A stretch of 43,058 nt of DNA, taken from the IMG/VR virus record IMGVR_UViG_3300020138_000003, positions 1 through 43,058 of that record; one strand, written 5' to 3'. Of the stretch, positions 1 to 7,788 are shown one piece after another (position 1 is the first letter of the stretch; each line of letters starts with the position of its first letter). Origin of the DNA: a virus. The notes beneath the pieces are model-generated. The model did no database searches. It saw only the letters and a list, made by a program, of their open reading frames with translations, and had not been told where the DNA came from. The position numbers and the translations under genes were made by a program.

Positions 1-127
1 AGCTGTCGTCTCGATTGATGCAAGGTTCTTCGGCCCAGACGGATCGATCGCATTGATCTCCACGATCTTCGGTGTTTGGGGCTTGGTAGCTGTCCAAAGC
101 GCCTTGGTCATCGGAGCAACGATGGGC
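1..127. repeat. assembly overlap, identical to 42932..43058 (circular contig junction)
   Basis: The first 127 bases read identical to the last 127 bases. The overlap lies inside an open reading frame. Confidence 0.95.
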
Positions 128-1023
128 AGCGAAGCAACCAACGGCAAGCCGACGCTTAGGCCAGCCTGAATAATCGGAGCACTGTTGATCTGCTGTTCAG
201 CCGTAGCGTCAGGTGCCCCCAGCTTATCAAACACAGTCTGATAATCGGTGTCCTCATCGTCCGTAAGCTCTCTAATCCCTTGATCGATAGCCAAGCCAAC
301 ACCAAGGTTGGTTGCCAGCTTCGGAACAGTTGGTCCAATCAGGAACGGAGTGACAGCTTCGGCAACGGCAGGGACACCCTTGAGCTTGCCAGGCCCAGGC
401 AGAGGGATTAGGCTCCCAGCAATAGCAGCGGCGCTTTCCTCAATGTTCCGAGGATCACCGACGCCAAGGGAAGCGTTGATCTTGCGCTGACGATCTACGC
501 TGTAATTCAGTGCATCCTCAGCCCCAATATCCACACCGGGGATAAGCTCGACGCCCGACCCGACAAGGCCGTACAACGCAGGCCCGAATGTAGTCGGATC
601 AGCCGTACCGATCAACGCACCACCAGTCTGCGCCGCCATCCTTCCCGTAACATACGCAGCGGTTTTCGGATCAGTGACGTTCGTAAGGAAGTCGCGGCTG
701 TCAACCAGCGCACGCATTTCCTTCTCTTCCTTGCCCTTGGTGCTGTTGGGCCGATCGGTTAGGTACTTATCAAGCTCAGCATCGTCCAGCGTTCTTGGAT
801 CAACAGGATCGAGCGTAGCCAAAAGCTCATCTACATTCTGCAAGTCCAAAGGATCATCCGGCGTTACAACACTTGTAACACCGGACTGATCCCGCTCTAC
901 TCTGCTGCCCTTCCTGCGCCTGATCTCCAGTAGCAGGTCCAGATCATCAAGCTTCTCAAGCTCGTCATCGGGCTTATCGCCACCAAGGGACTTGTACTCA
1001 TCGATCAGGTCCTTATTCGCCAC
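1..1023 (-). CDS. 5' part (341 codons) of a wrap-around protein of about 1386 aa, a large internal-virion/ejection-type protein; continues at 42931..39794
   Basis: My translation stays open from GTG at 1023 to base 1. GGAGG sits 5 nt upstream of that GTG, which overlaps the end of ORF 1013..1864. The frame is in phase with MTKALWTATKPQ of track ORF 39794..43042. The function call rests on size and position only. Confidence 0.8.
   Translation of the reverse strand, partial: MANKDLIDEYKSLGGDKPDDELEKLDDLDLLLEIRRRKGSRVERDQSGVTSVVTPDDPLDLQNVDELLATLDPVDPRTLDDAELDKYLTDRPNSTKGKEEKEMRALVDSRDFLTNVTDPKTAAYVTGRMAAQTGGALIGTADPTTFGPALYGLVGSGVELIPGVDIGAEDALNYSVDRQRKINASLGVGDPRNIEESAAAIAGSLIPLPGPGKLKGVPAVAEAVTPFLIGPTVPKLATNLGVGLAIDQGIRELTDDEDTDYQTVFDKLGAPDATAEQQINSAPIIQAGLSVGLPLVASLPIVAPMTKALWTATKPQTPKIVEINAIDPSGPKNLASIETTA
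864..878. repeat. iterated palindrome TTACAACACTTGTAA (0 mismatches)
   Basis: Inside the giant gene, read as VTSVVT. The flanks extend the dyad (CCGG..CCGG). Confidence 0.95.
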
Positions 1024-1864
1024 CGCCGCCTCCCCGACCGGTTGTCATCGCCTTGGCTGCAAGCTGAGCAGCCTCGGCGCGGGTTTTGTCCGCACTCATC
1101 ATCGCTTGGATCAGAGCCGTCAAGCCCTGTGTAGTCGATGTATCGAACGTATTAGCCAAACCGCTCGGGCTGTATCCACTCCGACCGTCCTGACCAGCCA
1201 AACCACTGAGCATAGAAAGTTCGTTCTGCGCTCGATTGTTCCTAGCACCCTCGAACGTGGCAAAGTCTTGCATACCCTGCCGTTTCGCAGCACTGGTAAC
1301 ACCGTCAAATGCGCCTTCGCTCAGTCCTCGGAAGGCACTAGCAAAATCAGCAGCATTATTACCACCGCCAGCGCGTAGGGCCTGACGAGATACAAGTTCA
1401 CCAACACGATCTAGCCCCTGCTGTCGATCCTGCACCGCCGAACGCTGAGCATCGGCAATGAAGTCCTGCTCGCTGCGCTTCGGAGCATAGCGATAGTTGT
1501 TGAACGCCTGCTCGAAGGCATCGTTGGCCTGAATAGATCGCTGATCCTGCCGTTCAAGAGCCGCCCTGTTCCTAGGAGCATCCTCCCTAGCAGCGAGCAA
1601 CTGCTCGACTTGCTCAGCATCGAGGATCGCCTGTGACGTGGGCGTCTTCTCAGTAAACCAACCACGCACAGGATCGTACTTAGTAACGTTCCCGTACGCA
1701 TCAGTCCTCGGGGCCGTGATCAGCGACTGCTGCTGCCGAGACGAGGACAAGCTGTCCAACACGCTCGCCAACAGGATCGACTGAGGATCGACACGACCAT
1801 CCCTACCCCTTGCTAGGGTATCGGCAAAAGCCTGTTCAAGCAAGTCCTCGAAATCTACAGCCAT
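1013..1864 (-). CDS. hypothetical virion-module protein, 283 aa
   Basis: Track ORF in the late arm, tightly packed with its neighbours. No domain recognised. Confidence 0.65.
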   Translation of the reverse strand: MAVDFEDLLEQAFADTLARGRDGRVDPQSILLASVLDSLSSSRQQQSLITAPRTDAYGNVTKYDPVRGWFTEKTPTSQAILDAEQVEQLLAAREDAPRNRAALERQDQRSIQANDAFEQAFNNYRYAPKRSEQDFIADAQRSAVQDRQQGLDRVGELVSRQALRAGGGNNAADFASAFRGLSEGAFDGVTSAAKRQGMQDFATFEGARNNRAQNELSMLSGLAGQDGRSGYSPSGLANTFDTSTTQGLTALIQAMMSADKTRAEAAQLAAKAMTTGRGGGGGE

Positions 1865-1868
1865 TTTG

Positions 1869-2258
1869 TTACCTCAGGACTTCGATCAGCGCATCAAGTT
1901 CAGGCTTGTCGCCATCAGAGAACAGCATCGTTGCAGCTTGGCGCCGATCATTATCTGCACCATCCCAAAGAGCCAAGACTTTCTTAGTCTCGTTGGGCAT
2001 GTAGGTTTTCTTGAGCAAGGCAGGGAACTTGGCCTGAGTGACTCTGGCCTCAGTCGTCTGTCGTGCTCGCAGATATTCGGGATCGTTCTCAAGTTCCTTG
2101 AACTTGTTGATTTCCTTAACTGTCTGCTTGTCAGCACCAGCCTTGCCCTTGATGAACTTGTCGAGGCCCGACTTGCTCGGACCCCGACCCTTAGTATTCA
2201 TCGTAAGCTTCTTGCTCTGGTTCTGCAAACGCTTGAGAAGAGCCTCGTCATCGGCCAT
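1869..2258 (-). CDS. hypothetical basic protein, 129 aa
   Basis: Track ORF. GAAAGGAAG Shine-Dalgarno sequence upstream of the ATG at 2258. Confidence 0.65.
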   Translation of the reverse strand: MADDEALLKRLQNQSKKLTMNTKGRGPSKSGLDKFIKGKAGADKQTVKEINKFKELENDPEYLRARQTTEARVTQAKFPALLKKTYMPNETKKVLALWDGADNDRRQAATMLFSDGDKPELDALIEVLR

Positions 2259-2260
2259 GA

Positions 2261-2977
2261 TTACTTCCTTTCCTCACCGAGGACCTGCTGAAGGACCCGA
2301 TTGGAAGTCTGGTCTTTCTCAGCTTCATCATCGAATGATTTGATCCGATTGATTTCGGTGATCATCGAAGCGCGATCCATCGAGCCAGTATAGTGCCCAT
2401 CAGAAAGCATTTCGAGATAGCCACGAAGCTGGCGATCAGACATGTTTCCCAAGTCGTCCGTTACAACACTTGTAGCAGGAGCCGCCTGCTTCTGTTGCAT
2501 GACATCCCCGAGCACCTTGGCCCGGATAGCATCAGTCGATCCCGACGCGACGTTTGGGCCATTGCCAACAGGATCAGCACGTAGCGTGTCATCACGATTA
2601 TTGATGATGCTCTGCCCAGCCCTGTTCCCTCGGTGGGCGGCGTCCCAATACCCAAGCTCGTCCTCACCTTCCGCAGGCCAGTCACGAGTATCGTTAAACG
2701 GATCGCCCGGAGCCTCTTCCTGTATCTGCAAAGCCGCGGCTGCGACCATCATCATTTCACCATCCGAAGCCGGATCGAGAATGCCTGTCGCACGCTTGGC
2801 TTCTTCATAGGCAGCAGGATCAATGCGATCCATGACGTTGCCGAACCTGTTGCTCAGCGGATGCGGAAGCGCGTTGGCAACTCTGTTGGTCGACCGATTG
2901 CTGCTGATCGCACCACCGACAAGACCTGTATCGCCTCTCAGAGCAGCGAGAAGATCATCCTGAAAACCGTCAGCCAT
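2261..2977 (-). CDS. hypothetical virion-module protein, 238 aa
   Basis: Track ORF with 2-3 nt gaps to its neighbours. Confidence 0.65.
   Translation of the reverse strand: MADGFQDDLLAALRGDTGLVGGAISSNRSTNRVANALPHPLSNRFGNVMDRIDPAAYEEAKRATGILDPASDGEMMMVAAAALQIQEEAPGDPFNDTRDWPAEGEDELGYWDAAHRGNRAGQSIINNRDDTLRADPVGNGPNVASGSTDAIRAKVLGDVMQQKQAAPATSVVTDDLGNMSDRQLRGYLEMLSDGHYTGSMDRASMITEINRIKSFDDEAEKDQTSNRVLQQVLGEERK
2461..2475. repeat. iterated palindrome TTACAACACTTGTAG (1 mismatch)
   Basis: Inside 2261..2977, read as ATSVVT. Confidence 0.9.
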
Positions 2978-2980
2978 TTC

Positions 2981-3292
2981 TTACTGCTCCACTCGATCGT
3001 AGTGCGTGCCAACAACGATCCCTGTCGGCTGCTTGTTCTTGTCAGCGAACTGCAAGGTGTTCGTAGCCACGCTGTCCTTGGCAAACGGGTTGTAAATCCG
3101 CGCATAGAACGAGGGGTTCTCGAACAAAATCTGCGCCGTGTCGTCATCGATGATGAATACGTTTTCATGCTCATCGATCACAGCAATTCGATGTCCCTCA
3201 TCGTTACAAAAGTTGTAATCGACCTCAATCGAAGTCTCGACATCGTCATCGACCCCAGGACCGACTTCCTTAACCACAGGCTTCCTAGCCAT
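2981..3292 (-). CDS. hypothetical protein, 103 aa
   Basis: Track ORF in operon context. Confidence 0.6.
   Translation of the reverse strand: MARKPVVKEVGPGVDDDVETSIEVDYNFCNDEGHRIAVIDEHENVFIIDDDTAQILFENPSFYARIYNPFAKDSVATNTLQFADKNKQPTGIVVGTHYDRVEQ
3204..3218. repeat. iterated palindrome TTACAAAAGTTGTAA (0 mismatches)
   Basis: Inside 2981..3292, read as YNFCN. This is the only Y-N-x-C-N frame case. Confidence 0.95.
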
Positions 3293-3304
3293 TTCTAACT
3301 CCTA

Positions 3305-4213
3305 TCAGAAGATTGACGAGAAATTCGCGCTGGTGTTGTCGTCGTCATCATCGTTGTTGTCAACGAACAGACCAGCGAGAGCGTTCGGATCGAACTTGGT
3401 GTTCTGCGCACCCTGTCCAGCCCCAGCCTTAGCAGCCAAGCCGCTAGTCGTATACAGTTGCCCAGGCAACCTGTTCCTGATATTCCCACCCAACCCCTGC
3501 AAGAACGCATCGATGGAGTTGTTGATGTCGGTGCTGTATGAGAACGGGTCGAACTGATTACCAAGTTGGTAGTTCGCAGCAGCATTACGGCCCTCGTTAG
3601 CCAAGTTGCCGATCTGCGTCCGAGCAGAGCTTAGAGCCCCGAGCCCAGCCTCTTCAAGCTGAGCCTTGGCCCTGTACTGCTGATTGTCCAAGTCACGTCT
3701 ACCTGCTTCATAACCAGCAGACGTAATAACCCCACGGCTCAGCAGGTTCTGCAAGTACTGGTCAGCACTCCCGTACTGTTCAGCATTGATCGCAGCGAGA
3801 ATGTCATCATCTGTCGTATCAGCGATGCGCCTATTCTCGAAACCTGTCGGGGCGAACTCGTTGAACTGCCTGAGGTACTTGTTCCGGGCAGTCGTTTCCT
3901 GCGTATCGTATACATTCTGCCCGAGGTTGTTGAAGAAGCTCAACGGATCAGCGGCATCGGTCGGGATGTTGCCCCTGATCCTATCAGCCTGCTGATTGAT
4001 GGCGCTCATGAAGTCATCGGGGTCCAAGCCCTGCATGGTGAAATAGTCGCGCGCATCATTGATCGCACCACTATACGCGCCACCGAGCTTCTCAGCCCAG
4101 GCCTGTTTCGCCGCTTCCTGCCGAGCCTTTTCCTCAGCCTCAGCCTTGGCCTTTACAGCCTCTTCCTCAGCAGAGCGATCGACCGGCGTCCCCTGCTGCC
4201 TGTTACCACTCAT
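3305..4213 (-). CDS. hypothetical internal-virion-type protein, 302 aa
   Basis: Track ORF with an N-terminal charged coiled coil (EEEAVKAKAEAEEKARQEAAK) and an acidic C-tail. The start overlaps the stop of the GNAT gene. Confidence 0.6.
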   Translation of the reverse strand: MSGNRQQGTPVDRSAEEEAVKAKAEAEEKARQEAAKQAWAEKLGGAYSGAINDARDYFTMQGLDPDDFMSAINQQADRIRGNIPTDAADPLSFFNNLGQNVYDTQETTARNKYLRQFNEFAPTGFENRRIADTTDDDILAAINAEQYGSADQYLQNLLSRGVITSAGYEAGRRDLDNQQYRAKAQLEEAGLGALSSARTQIGNLANEGRNAAANYQLGNQFDPFSYSTDINNSIDAFLQGLGGNIRNRLPGQLYTTSGLAAKAGAGQGAQNTKFDPNALAGLFVDNNDDDDDNTSANFSSIF

Positions 4214-4668
4214 TGCTCGATCTCCATGCAGAAATTGGTTCCGATCTGTGTAAAGCCAAAGCGTTTGGCGAGCATGGCAAACTTCTCAACCTTGTAACCG
4301 CTCGACTGTGACCATCGGATTTCTCTTACACACCGTTCCTTGGCCCATTTCACATAAGCCGTTACAAGTGTTGTAATCGCCTTTAGGCTCCGATGCTGCG
4401 GGATGACATAGGTCACCCGGTCGATAGCATAAGCCTCGTAACTGAATGGGAACGACAACGCCTCCGCTGCCATTCCTCCAATGATCTGCCCATGATCTGT
4501 GATCACGTTGCAGAAAAAGTCCTCGTTGTTGATATTGCCCTTGAGCATTCCGATAACCTTCTCAGGAGCATAGCTGATCTTACCGTAATGTGTTTCGGCA
4601 AGACCAGCCTTGAGAAGCTCAACGATCATTGGAATTTCGTACGGGCTGTAACGCCTTGTCTCGATCAT
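4210..4668 (-). CDS. GNAT-like N-acetyltransferase (tentative), 152 aa
   Basis: The ATG at 4668 overlaps the upstream TGA (ATGA). The beta-alpha pattern and the segment VIPQHRSLKAITTLVTAYVKWAKE resemble GNAT motif A. No search was run. Confidence 0.45.
   Translation of the reverse strand: MIETRRYSPYEIPMIVELLKAGLAETHYGKISYAPEKVIGMLKGNINNEDFFCNVITDHGQIIGGMAAEALSFPFSYEAYAIDRVTYVIPQHRSLKAITTLVTAYVKWAKERCVREIRWSQSSGYKVEKFAMLAKRFGFTQIGTNFCMEIEQ
4362..4376. repeat. iterated palindrome TTACAAGTGTTGTAA (0 mismatches)
   Basis: Inside the GNAT-like gene, read as ITTLVT. Confidence 0.95.
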
Positions 4669-5048
4669 GGCAACTTCGTCAGCGATTTGATGATCAGTTC
4701 CAAGCCACCGCCTGTCACGAACCACACAATTCCACCGACCCCTGTCCCGATCAAGCTGAACGCAAGGAGGAAGCCGGCGATTTTGTTCTTCGCGGCTTCC
4801 CCCTCGGCAATCATGGGTTTGACTGTCTGATCGACTGTTTGTTTCAACGCCTTGATTTCGATCTCGGCCTTGCCCATGCGTTGTAGAACGTTCTCTAAGT
4901 CTCCCTTGACGTTCTTTCGATACGCCGTAGCATCAATGCCCTGCGTTCGAACCTCTTCTCTAATTGCGTTCACCATCCCGATCGTCTCACCCAACGAACG
5001 CTGGATGCTGGACAATTGAGAAAGTATTTCACCGTCAAGGTTGGTCAT
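4665..5048 (-). CDS. coiled-coil protein with a C-terminal TM helix (holin/spanin-like candidate), 127 aa
   Basis: Hydrophobic C-terminal segment IAGFLLAFSLIGTGVGGIVWFV. Position in the lysis cluster. Confidence 0.5.
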   Translation of the reverse strand: MTNLDGEILSQLSSIQRSLGETIGMVNAIREEVRTQGIDATAYRKNVKGDLENVLQRMGKAEIEIKALKQTVDQTVKPMIAEGEAAKNKIAGFLLAFSLIGTGVGGIVWFVTGGGLELIIKSLTKLP

Positions 5049-5050
5049 CG

Positions 5051-5065
5051 TTACAACTCTTGTAA
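5051..5065. repeat. iterated palindrome TTACAACTCTTGTAA (0 mismatches)
   Basis: Fills 15 of the 20 nt between the stop at 5069 and the start at 5048. Confidence 0.95.
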
Positions 5066-5068
5066 CAG

Positions 5069-5614
5069 TTACTTGTTCTGATACACGATGTTCCGAACGA
5101 TGTTCTCGTCCTTCTCAGGCAGCTTACTGACAAGCACCTTCTGCCCATTGACGACGACCTTGTCCTGCGCCGAAGCGCCCACGCCCCACAGACCCATGAG
5201 CACAGTCACGATCTGGAGCAGGATGCCCGTAAGCTGTCCCTCATCCACACCGAACTTCACAGCCAGATACTGTGCGACAGCGGCGACCACGTATTTCAGC
5301 AGTGTAGTCGAAGCAAAGGCGCTCAGCAGACCCTTCAACGAAATTCCGAACATAGCTTTCTTTCCTCTCTGTGCTTGCTCTACTATCTCCGGGAACAGGA
5401 TGCTGAACACCGGATCATCTACCGACGACCTGACATCGCCAGTAACTTCTAAGCCGTAGTCTGCCTGTAGCATACGAACAGCTTTGGCCGTCTCGCGCCC
5501 AAATATGCCATCAGCCCCATCGGGACCAACGTCATATCCGAGTTCTATCAGACGTTCCTGTAATGTCAGATTGCCGACGGTCTGAGCACCAGCATAAATC
5601 AGGATGCTACTCAT
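5069..5614 (-). CDS. peptidoglycan-binding domain fused to about 2 TM helices, 181 aa
   Basis: N-terminal PG_binding_1-like pattern LQERLIELGYDVGPDGADGIFGRETAKAVRMLQADYGLEVTG. Hydrophobic stretches in the C-terminal half. Confidence 0.65.
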   Translation of the reverse strand: MSSILIYAGAQTVGNLTLQERLIELGYDVGPDGADGIFGRETAKAVRMLQADYGLEVTGDVRSSVDDPVFSILFPEIVEQAQRGKKAMFGISLKGLLSAFASTTLLKYVVAAVAQYLAVKFGVDEGQLTGILLQIVTVLMGLWGVGASAQDKVVVNGQKVLVSKLPEKDENIVRNIVYQNK

Positions 5615-6152
5615 CGATCAAGCGCCCCTGCTTCGCCCAATCACGCCAAGGGTGAAGCTCGAAGTGGCCCCAATCGAGAAAACTCTCATCAGAGGTTTTA
5701 TCGTTCATGTTCCAATCAGCACCCCAACGAATAGGGATTTTGCGCGCTTTGGCAATGGTAAGAAACACCTGCGCAATGGCTTTGAACTTATCCACGTTGT
5801 CGAAATCAATGGGATAGGGGACGATGTCCATGGCAACGGCAGGGATATAGTTATGTGCCGACTGACCAAAGTGTGCCTTAGTGTTACCGAGCTTGAATGC
5901 CTGCTCTTGCTCGGCCCTACCACGTTGTGCATCAAGGATCACGAAGTCGATCTGTTTGATCGCCTCATCAACGATCAATTGCAGGTTCGGATGTAGTTCC
6001 TTTCGTGCATCCAAGCTGCGTTTGGAGAACTTGAACCCCGTTACAACAGTTGTAGTTAGTCCAAGATCAAGCTCAGGCTCGGTTTCCTCAACCACTTCTT
6101 GTCTCCGTTTGTAGAAAATCCAGCCGAACAAGTTACATCCACGGTTCACCAC
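5607..6152 (-). CDS. M15-family zinc peptidase (endolysin candidate), 181 aa
   Basis: The pattern SAHNYIPAVAMDIVP ... DWGHFEL fits the H-x6-D ... H metal ligands of VanY/M15 peptidases. Confidence 0.75.
   Translation of the reverse strand: MVNRGCNLFGWIFYKRRQEVVEETEPELDLGLTTTVVTGFKFSKRSLDARKELHPNLQLIVDEAIKQIDFVILDAQRGRAEQEQAFKLGNTKAHFGQSAHNYIPAVAMDIVPYPIDFDNVDKFKAIAQVFLTIAKARKIPIRWGADWNMNDKTSDESFLDWGHFELHPWRDWAKQGRLIDE
6041..6055. repeat. iterated palindrome TTACAACAGTTGTAG (1 mismatch)
   Basis: Inside the M15 peptidase gene, read as TTTVVT. Confidence 0.9.
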
Positions 6153-6595
6153 GTCAGCCCCTCACCGATGCGCCAAGCACTATCGAGTTGTTGTTCAGTC
6201 AAACCGGCAGCCCCAGCTAGTGCGGCGAGTAAGGCGTTGTCCCGAGCAAACGTCTGCTGTTCGTCAAATACAATGCGGGCGAGGACTTTCTCATCCCCAT
6301 CAGGCATTGCATCAATTAGATCATAAACAGCCTGTTTGGTAATTCCCAATTTCTGCATCATGAACAGAAAAGCAGGACGAGATAATGGCTCAAACGGTTT
6401 CGGGGGCTCTTCCATTTCGATCGGAATTAATGCGAAGCCGCCATAATTCTCATTCGTCACAGCGCCACAAACCACATCACCGTTCGGCAGGTGGATCGGG
6501 TTCGGGATCGCAGGGCACTGACCCCATGTACCTCCCCACACCTGAATTTCCGTGCCCTCACCATCGACCAGTTTGTATCCAACGATCTCGCTCAT
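6146..6595 (-). CDS. hypothetical protein, 149 aa (downstream of the fibre genes)
   Basis: Track ORF that overlaps the next gene by 7 nt. Confidence 0.6.
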   Translation of the reverse strand: MSEIVGYKLVDGEGTEIQVWGGTWGQCPAIPNPIHLPNGDVVCGAVTNENYGGFALIPIEMEEPPKPFEPLSRPAFLFMMQKLGITKQAVYDLIDAMPDGDEKVLARIVFDEQQTFARDNALLAALAGAAGLTEQQLDSAWRIGEGLTW

Positions 6596-6597
6596 AC

Positions 6598-7788
6598 CTA
6601 TAATCCCATGTTGGGCATATTGAAGCCGCCACTTGTTTTTGGTCTATAGTCGAGGACGATCAGTGAACCACCGCCGTTCCCGGACTTTGTAGCTCTGCCA
6701 GACCCGTTTCGAGTAACGCCACCGCCGCCTCCCCCGTACTTTCCTCCAGAGTTACCAGCAGCGGGAGACGACTGCGTATCTGTAAACTGAAAACCACCGC
6801 CACCGCCGCCTGTTCCATGTGCTGGATCGAACTCGGAGCCATCACCACCATCAGCTTCTGCTCCACCAGCACTCCCGGTTCCTCCGTTGCCGCCATTACC
6901 ATCACCCCCCTTTGAAGCTCCGGTACCGCTCTGATTGGTTCCGTTCCCACCATTGGCATCTGGCCCAGCTGCTCCGCCTCCACCAGTTGCACGCCGATCA
7001 TCCGCTACGGCGCCGTTGCCGCCTCTACCACCAGCCCGTTTGAGCGCCCCAACGCTTGCAGCAGTCGTACCACCAGCCCCCCCTACGGCACTCGTAGCAC
7101 GCCCTTCTGCCTTACCACCAGCCCCAGGGCCTGCACAAACTATGTAATCAGTAGGGAACACCACTCCAGTGTTCTTTGTGCTTAGGGCAGACGCACTCCC
7201 TGTCTCTCCATCAATTGCACTATTTGTTCCTGAGGGTGCCGTTGGTGTTACCACTGAGCTTTCGGTAAATACATAGAGCCTCGTAGGGAACGTGAAATTG
7301 GCAGTTTGGGCGAAAGCCCCGCCACCACCACCACCAACATTGCTATGACTTGCAACCGTGCGAATGCCTCCACCACCGCCCGGTCCTACGGCCCTTGCTG
7401 TGTTAAAGGTATCGTCCCAATCATTTGGGCGGTTTACTTGGGTATAGTTGTTATTGCCTGAATAGAACACCTGTGTAGCAAGTTCAAAGCTCAGGTGAGG
7501 TAACAGTTCTGGGTCTCCCCATACATCATTGAAATGATGAAGGTTTGGAGCATTACCACCACAACCAATATGCTGAGCCAGGTCCCAATAAAATGCGTCA
7601 AGCTCATCACGATCATCAAACCACCCAGCCCATGCGATATGCCCATCGTGCAAACGTGCACGAACACGGAACCTCGTCTGGTTCTGGTTCCCAAGAGCGT
7701 CCCTTGGCTGTGACAATGATGGCTCTCGCCATTGTAGGTGAGGTACTGGCACCAATATGCGGTTCTCATATGGTTGAAGAATGATCAT
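6598..7788 (-). CDS. glycine-rich tail-fibre-like protein, 396 aa
   Basis: Long GGxGG/GNGG tracts in the C-terminal two thirds. ATGA overlap with the upstream fibre gene. Confidence 0.5.
   Translation of the reverse strand: MIILQPYENRILVPVPHLQWREPSLSQPRDALGNQNQTRFRVRARLHDGHIAWAGWFDDRDELDAFYWDLAQHIGCGGNAPNLHHFNDVWGDPELLPHLSFELATQVFYSGNNNYTQVNRPNDWDDTFNTARAVGPGGGGGIRTVASHSNVGGGGGGAFAQTANFTFPTRLYVFTESSVVTPTAPSGTNSAIDGETGSASALSTKNTGVVFPTDYIVCAGPGAGGKAEGRATSAVGGAGGTTAASVGALKRAGGRGGNGAVADDRRATGGGGAAGPDANGGNGTNQSGTGASKGGDGNGGNGGTGSAGGAEADGGDGSEFDPAHGTGGGGGGFQFTDTQSSPAAGNSGGKYGGGGGGVTRNGSGRATKSGNGGGSLIVLDYRPKTSGGFNMPNMGL

Noticed and set aside
1-127. 127-bp terminal direct repeat as genuine phage DTR
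   Set aside because: The repeat falls inside a continuous reading frame of about 1386 codons. The exact length and identity fit an assembler k-mer overlap of a circular or concatemeric contig better.
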